A stretch of 64,000 bases of DNA, taken from an uncultured bacterium. Its GTDB lineage: Bacteria; Patescibacteriota; Minisyncoccia; Phycocordibacterales; UBA9973. The notes beneath the pieces are model-generated. The model saw only the letters and a program-made list of their open reading frames with translations, was not told the DNA's origin and searched no databases. A program made the translations under genes and the position numbers. Of this stretch, positions 40,708 through 49,289 are shown piece after piece. The first letter of the stretch is position 1. Each line of letters starts with the position of its first letter. The stretch lies in the NCBI GenBank assembly GCA_903869825.1, contig CAIQAL010000003.1, positions 3,624 through 67,623 on the forward strand, in the 5' to 3' direction.

Positions 40708-41738
40708 TGAGCGATCAATATCAAAAATCAGGGGTAAATATTTCGGCTGGAAATGAAGTTGTAAAAAGAATAAAAAAAAATGTTGCTTCGACGCATACTA
40801 AGGCAGTTCTCACGGGGATAGGAAGTTTCGGAGGTCTTTTTGATTTGTCTGACATAATAAAAAATTACAAACATCCTGTTTTAGTTCAAAGCCTTGATGG
40901 AGTAGGGACAAAACTTTCCGTTGCTAGGATGATGAAAAAATACGACTCTGTTGGAGAGGACATTGTGAATCATTGTTGTGACGACTTGCTTGCGATGGGA
41001 GCTAAGCCCTTAATTTTTTTAGACTACGTAGCACACGATAAGCTTGATCCAAATATTATGGAGGCGATGGTGGCAGGAATGGCGAAGGCTTGTCGAGAAG
41101 CCGGGGTAGCCTTGATTGGTGGAGAGACTGCAGAAATGCCAGGAACCTATATGAAAGGAGAACATGACATAGCTGGGGCGATTACCGGAGTAGTCGAAAA
41201 AGATAAAATTATTACCGGCGAGCGAATAAAGGAAGGAAATATTCTTTTTGGTTTTCCGTCGGCTGGACTTCATACCAATGGATTTTCATTAGCCAGAAGT
41301 ATTTTATTTAAAAAAGGGAAGTACACGGTAAAATCGAAAGTAAAAGAGCTTGGTTGCACAGTTGGAGAAGCATTGCTAAAAGTGCATGTGAACTATTGCG
41401 ATACAGTTTTCTCTCTACTGGATAGTGGAGTTGATATTCGAGGAATAGCTCATATTACTGGTGGGGGTTTTGTCGAAAATATTCCCCGAGTTTTGCCGAA
41501 AAATTTTGATGCGGAAATACAAAAAGGAACTTGGCCAATATTACCGATTTTTTCTTTAATCCAAAAAGTTGGCAAAGTAGAAGATAAAGAAATGCATCGA
41601 GTGTTTAACATGGGAATCGGTCTGGTAGTCATAGTTCCAGAAGAACAAAAAAATAAAGTTGAAAAAATCCTAAAAAACAAAAAATACTACCTTGTAGGTA
41701 AAATTATTAAAGGGTCGGGTAAAACAATTTTAAAATAA
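40707..41738 (+). CDS. purM: phosphoribosylformylglycinamidine cyclo-ligase (AIR synthetase)
   Basis: PurM N- and C-domain motifs (DGVGTKL, HITGGGF), 343 aa. Confidence 0.9.
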   Translation: MSDQYQKSGVNISAGNEVVKRIKKNVASTHTKAVLTGIGSFGGLFDLSDIIKNYKHPVLVQSLDGVGTKLSVARMMKKYDSVGEDIVNHCCDDLLAMGAKPLIFLDYVAHDKLDPNIMEAMVAGMAKACREAGVALIGGETAEMPGTYMKGEHDIAGAITGVVEKDKIITGERIKEGNILFGFPSAGLHTNGFSLARSILFKKGKYTVKSKVKELGCTVGEALLKVHVNYCDTVFSLLDSGVDIRGIAHITGGGFVENIPRVLPKNFDAEIQKGTWPILPIFSLIQKVGKVEDKEMHRVFNMGIGLVVIVPEEQKNKVEKILKNKKYYLVGKIIKGSGKTILK

Positions 41739-41743
41739 AAAAT

Positions 41744-42703
41744 ATGAATATCAAAACAATAAAGGAACATCTGAATGATGTTTTAAGAGTGACAGACTTC
41801 AAAAATTTGGGCGAAAGGAAAGTTGGAAAAGTTAGGGATGTTTATACCAAACCTGACCAGATTACCCTCATTTCCACAGACCGACATTCATCTTTCGATC
41901 GAATCATTGCGCATATTCCGTTTAAAGGAGAAATATTGAATCAAATAAGTTTATTTTGGTTCAATAATACGAAAGATATAATTCAAAATCACGTATTAAA
42001 TATTCCCGACCAAGCTATTTTAATAGCCAAAAATTGCAAACCACTTCCTATTGAAGCTATTGTACGAGGCTATATTACTGGCGTCACCTCAACCTCCCTC
42101 TGGACTCATTATCAGGATGGGAAAAGAGATTTCGGAAATTTTGTTCTGCCGGAAGGACTCAAAAAAAATCACAAACTAGATGCACCTGTTTTTACTCCGT
42201 CTACTAAATTTGAAGAACATGACCGCACATTGTCACCTGATGAGATAGTAGCCGAAGGTTTAATGACAAGAGAATTAATTATTGAAGTAGAAAAAGTGGC
42301 CAAGGAATTATTCCTTCGTGGCCAAAAAATAGCATTGGAGCGTGGACTTATTTTAATAGATACAAAATATGAATTTGGTTTGGATGAAAACAATAAGCTT
42401 ATTTTGATTGATGAGATTCATACCCCGGATTCTTCCAGATATTGGAAAGCTACCAGTTATCAAGATAGAATTAATAAAGGGGAGGAACCGGAATATTTTG
42501 ATAAAGAATTTTTGCGAATGTGGTTTAAGGATAATTGTGATCCTTACACAGACGAGACATTGCCTGAGGCTCCGGCTGACCTAATAGCAGAACTTGCTCG
42601 TAGATATATTGAGATTTTTGAAATGTTGACAGGAAAAACCTTTAAACACGATTTTACCCAAACCCCGATTGAAAGAGTTGCCGCGAGTCTTTCTAACTTA
42701 TAA
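41744..42703 (+). CDS. purC: phosphoribosylaminoimidazole-succinocarboxamide synthase (long form)
   Basis: GKVRDVY, IEAIVRGYITGV, LIDTKYEFG motifs, 319 aa. Confidence 0.85.
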   Translation: MNIKTIKEHLNDVLRVTDFKNLGERKVGKVRDVYTKPDQITLISTDRHSSFDRIIAHIPFKGEILNQISLFWFNNTKDIIQNHVLNIPDQAILIAKNCKPLPIEAIVRGYITGVTSTSLWTHYQDGKRDFGNFVLPEGLKKNHKLDAPVFTPSTKFEEHDRTLSPDEIVAEGLMTRELIIEVEKVAKELFLRGQKIALERGLILIDTKYEFGLDENNKLILIDEIHTPDSSRYWKATSYQDRINKGEEPEYFDKEFLRMWFKDNCDPYTDETLPEAPADLIAELARRYIEIFEMLTGKTFKHDFTQTPIERVAASLSNL

Positions 42704-43374
42704 TGAAAAAATGTTACAAACATCTAGGGACAATTAGTGTTTTCTTTGTTTCAGTGCTACTTATTTCTAACGTAGCTTCTTCAAAAATTGTGGATCTAGG
42801 ATGGTTCACTTTCGATGGAGGAACATTACTATTTCCACTCAGCTATATTTTTGGAGATATTTTGACTGAAGTTTACGGATACAAAAATTCAAGAAAAATT
42901 ATATGGCTTGGCTTTTTTTCTGCCTTAATGATGTCTTTAGTGTTTATAGTAGTTGGAAAGTTGCCTCCTGCTTCCGGCTGGAACAATCAAGCGGCCTATG
43001 ATGCAATCCTAGGGTTAACTCCGAGAATTGTTTTGGCAAGTTTACTGGCGTATAGTGCAGGCGAATTTAGTAATTCCTATATTTTGGCCAAAATGAAAAT
43101 ATGGACAAAGGGTAAATGGCTTTGGACCCGAACTATCGGCTCAACTCTTGTGGGGGAACTGATTGATAGCTCAATTTTTATTATTTTTGCTTTCTTTGGA
43201 GTCTTTTCGAATTCACTTCTCCTTACACTAATCATTTCAAATTACTTGTTTAAAACAGGAGTAGAAATTCTTTTTACCCCGATTACCTATAAAGTAATTG
43301 CATTCTTGAAAATGAGAGAGGAAGAAGATTATTATGACACAGACACGAATTTCAACCCTTTTTCACTAAAGTAA
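42703..43374 (+). CDS. yhhQ: queuosine precursor transporter (YhhQ/COG1738 family)
   Basis: 6 TM; FPLSYIFGDILTEVYGYKNSRKIIW core motif of YhhQ family. Confidence 0.7.
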   Translation: MKKCYKHLGTISVFFVSVLLISNVASSKIVDLGWFTFDGGTLLFPLSYIFGDILTEVYGYKNSRKIIWLGFFSALMMSLVFIVVGKLPPASGWNNQAAYDAILGLTPRIVLASLLAYSAGEFSNSYILAKMKIWTKGKWLWTRTIGSTLVGELIDSSIFIIFAFFGVFSNSLLLTLIISNYLFKTGVEILFTPITYKVIAFLKMREEEDYYDTDTNFNPFSLK

Positions 43375-44212
43375 GAATGATGTTAAGTGGAATTTTTTTT
43401 GATGCATCAAACCAAGCTATCTTAGAATCTCTTTTAAACCAGGTCATCTGGCGTTTAGCGTATTTTATTGTTTCCAGAATAACTTTCTCTTTGGTTGGAT
43501 GATTGTATTCAAAACCAAGTTCCGCTAGTCTAGCCTCGGTAATGCCGGACTTTTTTAGTTTTTTTATTTCATTTAGTAAACCTGCTTGAAACATTTTTTT
43601 TACTCTTTTTTTCACTTTCTTTTCTAATATTGGGATAGGTAAGTAAAGCCCAATTTTAATAAATTCATACATAGGTTTAACTTCTGTAATTTTAGGGACA
43701 CCACCTAATGATTTTGCTATTTCAATTGCTCGAACTAATCTTACAATATTATTTTTATCAATATTGCTCGCTCTTTTTTTATCAAGTTTTTTTAACATTT
43801 CAAAAAGCTCACCTTTTGTTTTTTTAGATAAAACTTTTCTGAGTTTCGTGTTTGGTGGCACTTCTGGCAAAATTATTCCTTGAGTTACTGCATCAAGATA
43901 AAATCCAGTTCCACCACAGATAATAGGAACTTTATTTTCTTTAATAATTTCAGCTATAGCATAGATAGTTTTTTTTTGATATTCGGAGACAGTAAATTTA
44001 TGTTTTGGATTTATCACACCGAGCAAATGATGAGGAACACCAAGCATTTCCTTTTTTGATATTTTTCCTGAGCCTATATCAAGACCTTTATAAACTTGTC
44101 TTGAGTCTGCGGAAATTATTTCCCCGTTTATTTTTTTAGCGATTTTTACAGCCAAATCACTCTTTCCTGTCGCAGTCTGACCGAGTATTACGATAACTTT
44201 TGGTTTATTCAT
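43352..44212 (-). CDS. miaA: tRNA dimethylallyltransferase
   Basis: Walker A ILGQTATGKSDLA, ISADSRQVYKGLDIGSGK motif. Confidence 0.85.
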   Translation of the reverse strand: MNKPKVIVILGQTATGKSDLAVKIAKKINGEIISADSRQVYKGLDIGSGKISKKEMLGVPHHLLGVINPKHKFTVSEYQKKTIYAIAEIIKENKVPIICGGTGFYLDAVTQGIILPEVPPNTKLRKVLSKKTKGELFEMLKKLDKKRASNIDKNNIVRLVRAIEIAKSLGGVPKITEVKPMYEFIKIGLYLPIPILEKKVKKRVKKMFQAGLLNEIKKLKKSGITEARLAELGFEYNHPTKEKVILETIKYAKRQMTWFKRDSKIAWFDASKKIPLNIILTLVKKG

Positions 44213-45733
44213 TTATATTTCCTGAGTCATTTTGATATCAGCGCCGATAGAATTTAATCGCTTTGCGATATCCTCATAACCGCGATTAATCATGTACACA
44301 TTGCGTAAAATTGAGGTACCTGGAGCGGCAAGCATAGAAATAAGGATGACCATCGACGGACGAAGAGCTGGTGGACAAACGACTTGAGCAGCTCGGAGGG
44401 AGGTGCCGCCGTTTACGTATACTCGGTGTGGATCGGCTAAGGTGATATTTGCCCCTAACCTATTTAATTCGGCAAAATAGATTGCCCGGTTTTCATAAAC
44501 CCAGTCGTGAATCATTGTAGTTCCTTTTGCTTTAATAGCAATCGGCACAAAAAATGGCAAGTTGTCGATGTTGATTCCAGGATAAGGGTTTGAGTGAATT
44601 TTGTCTTCAAGCGCACGCAATTTACTTTGTAATATTTCTATATCGGCTAATTTTGTACGTCCATTATATGAAAAATATCTTTTTAATATTTTGAATTTTA
44701 AATTCATTCTCTTTAATTTTTCTAGTTCAAGTGATAAAAAATCAATTGGACAACGCGTAATGGTAAGTTTAGAGTCTGTGACAATACAGGCCGAAATGAA
44801 CATCATAGATTCAATTGGATCTTCGCTATTCCAATATTCAATATTTTGATTTATTTCTTTTACACCGTGGACAGTTAGGGAAGAAGTTCCGATTCCCTGA
44901 ATTTTCACTCCTAAAGCCTCAAGGAAAAAACATATTTCTTGCACCATGTAGTTGGCGCTGGCAAAAGTGATGACTGTCTCACCAGGAATAAGTGATGCCG
45001 CAGTCAAAACATTTTCACAAGCAGTGTCACCTGATTCATACATCACAATTTCAGCTGGTTTCAAGTGTGGAGCGGAGATTTCATAGCTAGTGGAAGTAGT
45101 TTTAATTTTTACTCCAAGTTCTTCTAGGGCATAAGTGTGGGCGGCAATTGTTCTTTTTCCAAGATTACATCCTTGGGCGTGGGGTAAGGAAAATGAAAGA
45201 AGTTGGTGAATTAACGGCCCCATCAGCATAACGATTGAACGGGTTTTAATGGCGGATTCAATGTTAATATTGTCCAATTTAAATATTTTTGGTGGAGTAA
45301 TAATGACAGTATTTTGATCAAGCCATTTAATTTGTACTCCGATACTTTCAATAATTTCAATTACTCGATATACCTCTTCGATTCGAGCGATTCCGTGCAG
45401 GGTGGTTGTACCCTTGTTAAGGAGGGAAGCGCAGAGTAGCCCTACTGAACCGTTTTTTGAAAAATTTGTTGCAATAGTTCCATGAAGTTTTTTTCCTCCG
45501 ATTACTTGAAAATCACTTGAACTAGAATTAATAGAAAAAATATTTCGTTCAAAAACACTACTTATCTTGTCTAACAACTCAGTGGAAAAATTCTGTTCGC
45601 CTTTTTCCATTCGGGCTACTGCGCTTTGGGAAGTAGCTAACGCGGCCGCAAAATCGTCTTGGGTCATATCCCTACGTTCCCGAAGATTTTTAATAAAGGC
45701 TCCGATTTGCTTTTGAGATGTATTTTTCATCAC
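44213..45733 (-). CDS. murA: UDP-N-acetylglucosamine 1-carboxyvinyltransferase with N-terminal XRE-family HTH domain (fusion)
   Basis: residues ~8-65 form a Cro/C1-type HTH (IKNLRERRDMTQDDFAAALATSQSAVARMEKGEQNFSTELLDKIS); remainder colinear with MurA including catalytic-loop Cys (PHAQGCNLGKRTIAAH); likely ATG at 45730. Confidence 0.8.
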   Translation of the reverse strand: MMKNTSQKQIGAFIKNLRERRDMTQDDFAAALATSQSAVARMEKGEQNFSTELLDKISSVFERNIFSINSSSSDFQVIGGKKLHGTIATNFSKNGSVGLLCASLLNKGTTTLHGIARIEEVYRVIEIIESIGVQIKWLDQNTVIITPPKIFKLDNINIESAIKTRSIVMLMGPLIHQLLSFSLPHAQGCNLGKRTIAAHTYALEELGVKIKTTSTSYEISAPHLKPAEIVMYESGDTACENVLTAASLIPGETVITFASANYMVQEICFFLEALGVKIQGIGTSSLTVHGVKEINQNIEYWNSEDPIESMMFISACIVTDSKLTITRCPIDFLSLELEKLKRMNLKFKILKRYFSYNGRTKLADIEILQSKLRALEDKIHSNPYPGINIDNLPFFVPIAIKAKGTTMIHDWVYENRAIYFAELNRLGANITLADPHRVYVNGGTSLRAAQVVCPPALRPSMVILISMLAAPGTSILRNVYMINRGYEDIAKRLNSIGADIKMTQEI

Positions 45734-45789
45734 TTAATATTATATCATATATGATATAATGCAAATATTTCCTGTGGATAACTATATAG

Positions 45790-45873
45790 TGCCGCGGGAG
45801 AGAATTGAACTCTCATGGGGTTGCCCCCGAACGATTTTGAGTCGTTTGCGTCTACCAATTCCGCCACCGCGGC
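45790..45873 (-). tRNA. tRNA-Leu (anticodon CAA)
   Basis: reverse complement GCCGCGG...anticodon loop CTCAAAA, long variable arm CGGGGGCAACCCCATG, T-arm GAGAGTTCAATTCTCTC, acceptor CCGCGGC + A. Confidence 0.85.
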
Positions 45874-45952
45874 AACAGTGTCTACACATTCTACACAAAT
45901 TTTTCCGAAAAATCAATTTTCAAAATATATTTTTATATGCTAAAATGAATTT

Positions 45953-47014
45953 ATGTCGAATTTATATTCCAACTCAATTTTCTGGATTGACACAGACAAG
46001 ATAAAGCCAAACCCTTATCAACCAAGAAGAGATTTTGACCCTGTTCGCTTGCAAGATTTGGCTGATTCCATTAAACAATATGGCGTATTGCAGCCGCTGA
46101 CTGTTTCCAGAATTGAAAAAGAAAAGGAAGACGGCGGACTGGTGACTGAATATGAGCTTATTGCAGGAGAAAGAAGACTTCGGGCAGCAATTTTAGCGAA
46201 GGTTTCTCAAGTGCCGGCGATAATTCGTGAAGGGGACACTTCGATGATGAAGCTTGAACTTGCAATTATCGAAAATCTACAAAGAGAAGACTTAAATTCA
46301 GTAGACCGAGCACGGGCATTCTTACAACTAGTAAACGAATTCAAGTTTACGCATAACGAAGTAGCAAAAAAAATGGGTCGCAGCCGGGAATATGTTTCAA
46401 ATTCATTGCGTATTTTGACTTTACCGGAAGAAATTCTGAAGGGTCTTTCCGAAGGAAAAATTACCGAAGGTCATACTAGACCGCTTTTGATGTTGGCGGA
46501 TCACCCAGAGGAGCAACTTGTATTATTTAAGGAAATAATTTATAAGAGAATTACCGTTAGAGAAGCAGAAGCCTTGGCTAGAAAAATTGCTACCGATCGA
46601 GTGAGAAAGAAAGAATTTATACCTGATCCTGAGATTATGGAACTTGAAGGAGAATTTCAGGAAAAACTAGGCACTCGAGTTCACATTGACCGAAAAGAAT
46701 TAGGAGGCCAAATCAAGATTGATTTCTTTTCGAATGAAGACCTACGTACTATTTTAGATATGATTAGTAAATCTACAGTTGGAAGAAATGCCGCAGATAT
46801 GCTTGAACATCATATTGCTAAAAATAATGCAATAAAAAATGAAATGGAAGTTTTGACCGAAAGTACGGAAATAAAAACGGAAGAAGTCTTACCAATTGAA
46901 GAGGAAAAGCAAATATTTGTCAGCGAGGCCATTGCGGGTGAAGATGACCGAACCAAGGATGAAATAATGGAAGATGATTCAAAACTCTATGATATTTCTG
47001 GTTTCAGTCTTTAA
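45953..47014 (+). CDS. parB: ParB/Spo0J family chromosome partitioning protein
   Basis: ParB box GERRLRAA, HTH region, 353 aa; TGCTAAAAT 6 nt upstream of ATG. Confidence 0.8.
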   Translation: MSNLYSNSIFWIDTDKIKPNPYQPRRDFDPVRLQDLADSIKQYGVLQPLTVSRIEKEKEDGGLVTEYELIAGERRLRAAILAKVSQVPAIIREGDTSMMKLELAIIENLQREDLNSVDRARAFLQLVNEFKFTHNEVAKKMGRSREYVSNSLRILTLPEEILKGLSEGKITEGHTRPLLMLADHPEEQLVLFKEIIYKRITVREAEALARKIATDRVRKKEFIPDPEIMELEGEFQEKLGTRVHIDRKELGGQIKIDFFSNEDLRTILDMISKSTVGRNAADMLEHHIAKNNAIKNEMEVLTESTEIKTEEVLPIEEEKQIFVSEAIAGEDDRTKDEIMEDDSKLYDISGFSL

Positions 47015-47056
47015 GTCGTTAGATTAAATCAATATTATTGTGATATGATTATCTAG

Positions 47057-47398
47057 ATGAAAAAAGAAGTTAAAAAATTTATCCTTACTTTTCCGTTGGC
47101 TATATTCACCCTAATCGTCCCTTCTTTTTTAGGGAATAATCAAATTTTAAGTTCTCTGGTGTTGTTTTTAGCAGGATTATTTATGTTAAGTATTGATTGG
47201 AGGAAAAAGAATTTGGTATTTTATTTAGTAATGCTTATAATTGGGCCAATCGCGGAAGCATTTGCAATAAATTTTGGAGCGTGGACTTACACTAACCCAG
47301 TGTTTATTGGAGTGCCGATTTGGTTGTTTTTTGTTTGGGGGAATGCTGGTTTGTTTGTAATTAAATTAAAAGAGTTCATTTTTTCTTTTAAGAGCTAA
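47057..47398 (+). CDS. hypothetical 3-4 TM membrane protein
   Basis: ORF with hydrophobic helices only. Confidence 0.4.
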   Translation: MKKEVKKFILTFPLAIFTLIVPSFLGNNQILSSLVLFLAGLFMLSIDWRKKNLVFYLVMLIIGPIAEAFAINFGAWTYTNPVFIGVPIWLFFVWGNAGLFVIKLKEFIFSFKS

Positions 47399-47408
47399 AT
47401 TAAATTTT

Positions 47409-47801
47409 ATGGAAAAATCATTGGAAAAAAGATTTTCGTTAGTAGCTAGAGCAAAAAGCTTTACTCATGCATTTAGGGGAATCGGTATTTTAATAAAAAC
47501 GACCCACAATTTTTGGGTACAGATTTTTTTTGCATTAATCTCGGTTTGCCTTGGTGGTGCTCTTAATATATCAAGCATTGAATGGACCATTATTATTTTA
47601 TTGATAGGATTTGTATTTGTAACGGAAACTATAAATACTGCTATCGAAATCGATATTGATTTAACTTCTCCTAATTATCACCCATATGCTCGTGATACAA
47701 AAGACGTAGCAGCAGGAGCAGTCCTAATCTCTGCCATCGTTTCCGGTATAGTTGGTTTGATTATTTTCTTGCCAAAAATTTTGGCACTCTATCTTAATTA
47801 A
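47409..47801 (+). CDS. dgkA: diacylglycerol kinase / undecaprenol kinase family (DgkA-like)
   Basis: 3-TM 130-aa protein with ...TETINTAIE... and KDVAAGAVL segments typical of prokaryotic DAGK. Confidence 0.55.
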   Translation: MEKSLEKRFSLVARAKSFTHAFRGIGILIKTTHNFWVQIFFALISVCLGGALNISSIEWTIIILLIGFVFVTETINTAIEIDIDLTSPNYHPYARDTKDVAAGAVLISAIVSGIVGLIIFLPKILALYLN

Positions 47802-49270
47802 GATTTTCCAAAAGACTTTAGTTTATTCAATAAACTATTTTTTTCTAAATAAGCTCGGATGTGTTTTTGAGCCATATTTGTCTTTGCGTATTCAAGCCAC
47901 TTGCTTGACGGGTGAGCGTCTTTCTTGGTCATTATGTCTATGATATCACCATTTTTTATTTTGGTTGAGAGGGGGGCAATTCTTGAATTTATTTTTACTT
48001 GACCAATATGACTACCAATATCAGTATGGATAGAATATGCGAAATCAATTGGACTCGAATCCTGAGGGAGGTCAATTACATCACCTTTTGGAGTGAAGAC
48101 GAAAATCCGGTCGCTAAAGAAATCCATTTTTAAATTTTCTATATATTTTTCTGGTTTTCCTTCAATATGTTTTAAATTCTTTAACTCATTTATCCATTCA
48201 AATTTATTTTTATCATCTTTAATTTTTTTTACACCCTCATACTCTTTGTAAGCAAAGTGGGCGGCAATCCCATAGGCTGCTTCAACGTGCATTTCCTTGG
48301 TCCTTATTTGGATTTCGGCTATTCCGCCAGAACCAGTAAATATGGTGGTGTGGATTGATTGGTATCCGTTTGGCTTAGGCAGAGCAATAAAATCTTTAAT
48401 TCTATGGGGTAATGGTTTCCAGACGGAATGAATGATTCCGAGCACTCGATAACAATCTTCAACTGATTGCACTACAACTCGTAAGGCCACAATGTCATAA
48501 ATTTTATCAAAGTCATTATTGTAACGTATGAGCTTTTGCCAGAGACTGTACTTGTGTTTTATTCTGTAATCAATTTCAGAATATTCGATTTTATTTTTCT
48601 TTAACTCTTTTTCCAAAGTGGCGTGAATTTCTACTAGGTACTTTTTGTGTAAATCTTTTTTTTCATTCAACATTGCCACTATTTCTTTATATTCTTTTGG
48701 GTAAGCGTAAGGGAATGCTGCATCTTCGATTTCTCCTTTTAGTTTTCCCATCCCAAGACGATTGGCAAGAGGAGCGTATACTTCGATGGATTCAAGAGCA
48801 ATTCTTTTTCTTTTATCTTCTCGGAGAGACCCCAAGGTTCGAAGATTGTGCAATCGATCAGCAAATTTAATTATCACCACTCGTAAGTCCTTTGCCATCG
48901 CTATGAAAAACCGACGGAGACTTTCAACATGTCTTTGTTGCCCACGGTATTTTAAAGTGCCTAGTTTCGTAACTCCTTTTACCAATGAAAGAATATTTTC
49001 ACCGAATTCACTCTCAAGTTCGCTTTCGGTTATTTTAGTATCTTCTAAGGTATCATGAAGCAGACCGGCAGAAATAGTATCGGCGTCCATTCCAAGTCGA
49101 GCTAAAGTTTTTGCGGTTTCGTAAGAGTGAGTAAAATATGGATCTCCTGTTTCTCTTTTTTGTCCTTCGTGTGCTTTTAACGCAAAATTATAAGCTTTTT
49201 CTATAAGCTCTTCATCCTTTCTGCTTAGGCCGCTTGTTGTTTCGTCCAATATTTTTTTTAGAGTCTGCAT
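47798..49270 (-). CDS. rel: bifunctional (p)ppGpp synthetase/hydrolase Rel, truncated after TGS domain (490 aa)
   Basis: HD domain (HDTLEDT), synthetase domain (DIVALRVVV...), TGS (VFTPKGDVIDLP); no ACT/RRM C-terminus. Confidence 0.85.
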   Translation of the reverse strand: MQTLKKILDETTSGLSRKDEELIEKAYNFALKAHEGQKRETGDPYFTHSYETAKTLARLGMDADTISAGLLHDTLEDTKITESELESEFGENILSLVKGVTKLGTLKYRGQQRHVESLRRFFIAMAKDLRVVIIKFADRLHNLRTLGSLREDKRKRIALESIEVYAPLANRLGMGKLKGEIEDAAFPYAYPKEYKEIVAMLNEKKDLHKKYLVEIHATLEKELKKNKIEYSEIDYRIKHKYSLWQKLIRYNNDFDKIYDIVALRVVVQSVEDCYRVLGIIHSVWKPLPHRIKDFIALPKPNGYQSIHTTIFTGSGGIAEIQIRTKEMHVEAAYGIAAHFAYKEYEGVKKIKDDKNKFEWINELKNLKHIEGKPEKYIENLKMDFFSDRIFVFTPKGDVIDLPQDSSPIDFAYSIHTDIGSHIGQVKINSRIAPLSTKIKNGDIIDIMTKKDAHPSSKWLEYAKTNMAQKHIRAYLEKNSLLNKLKSFGKS

Positions 49271-49289
49271 AACCCCAATTATATATCAA

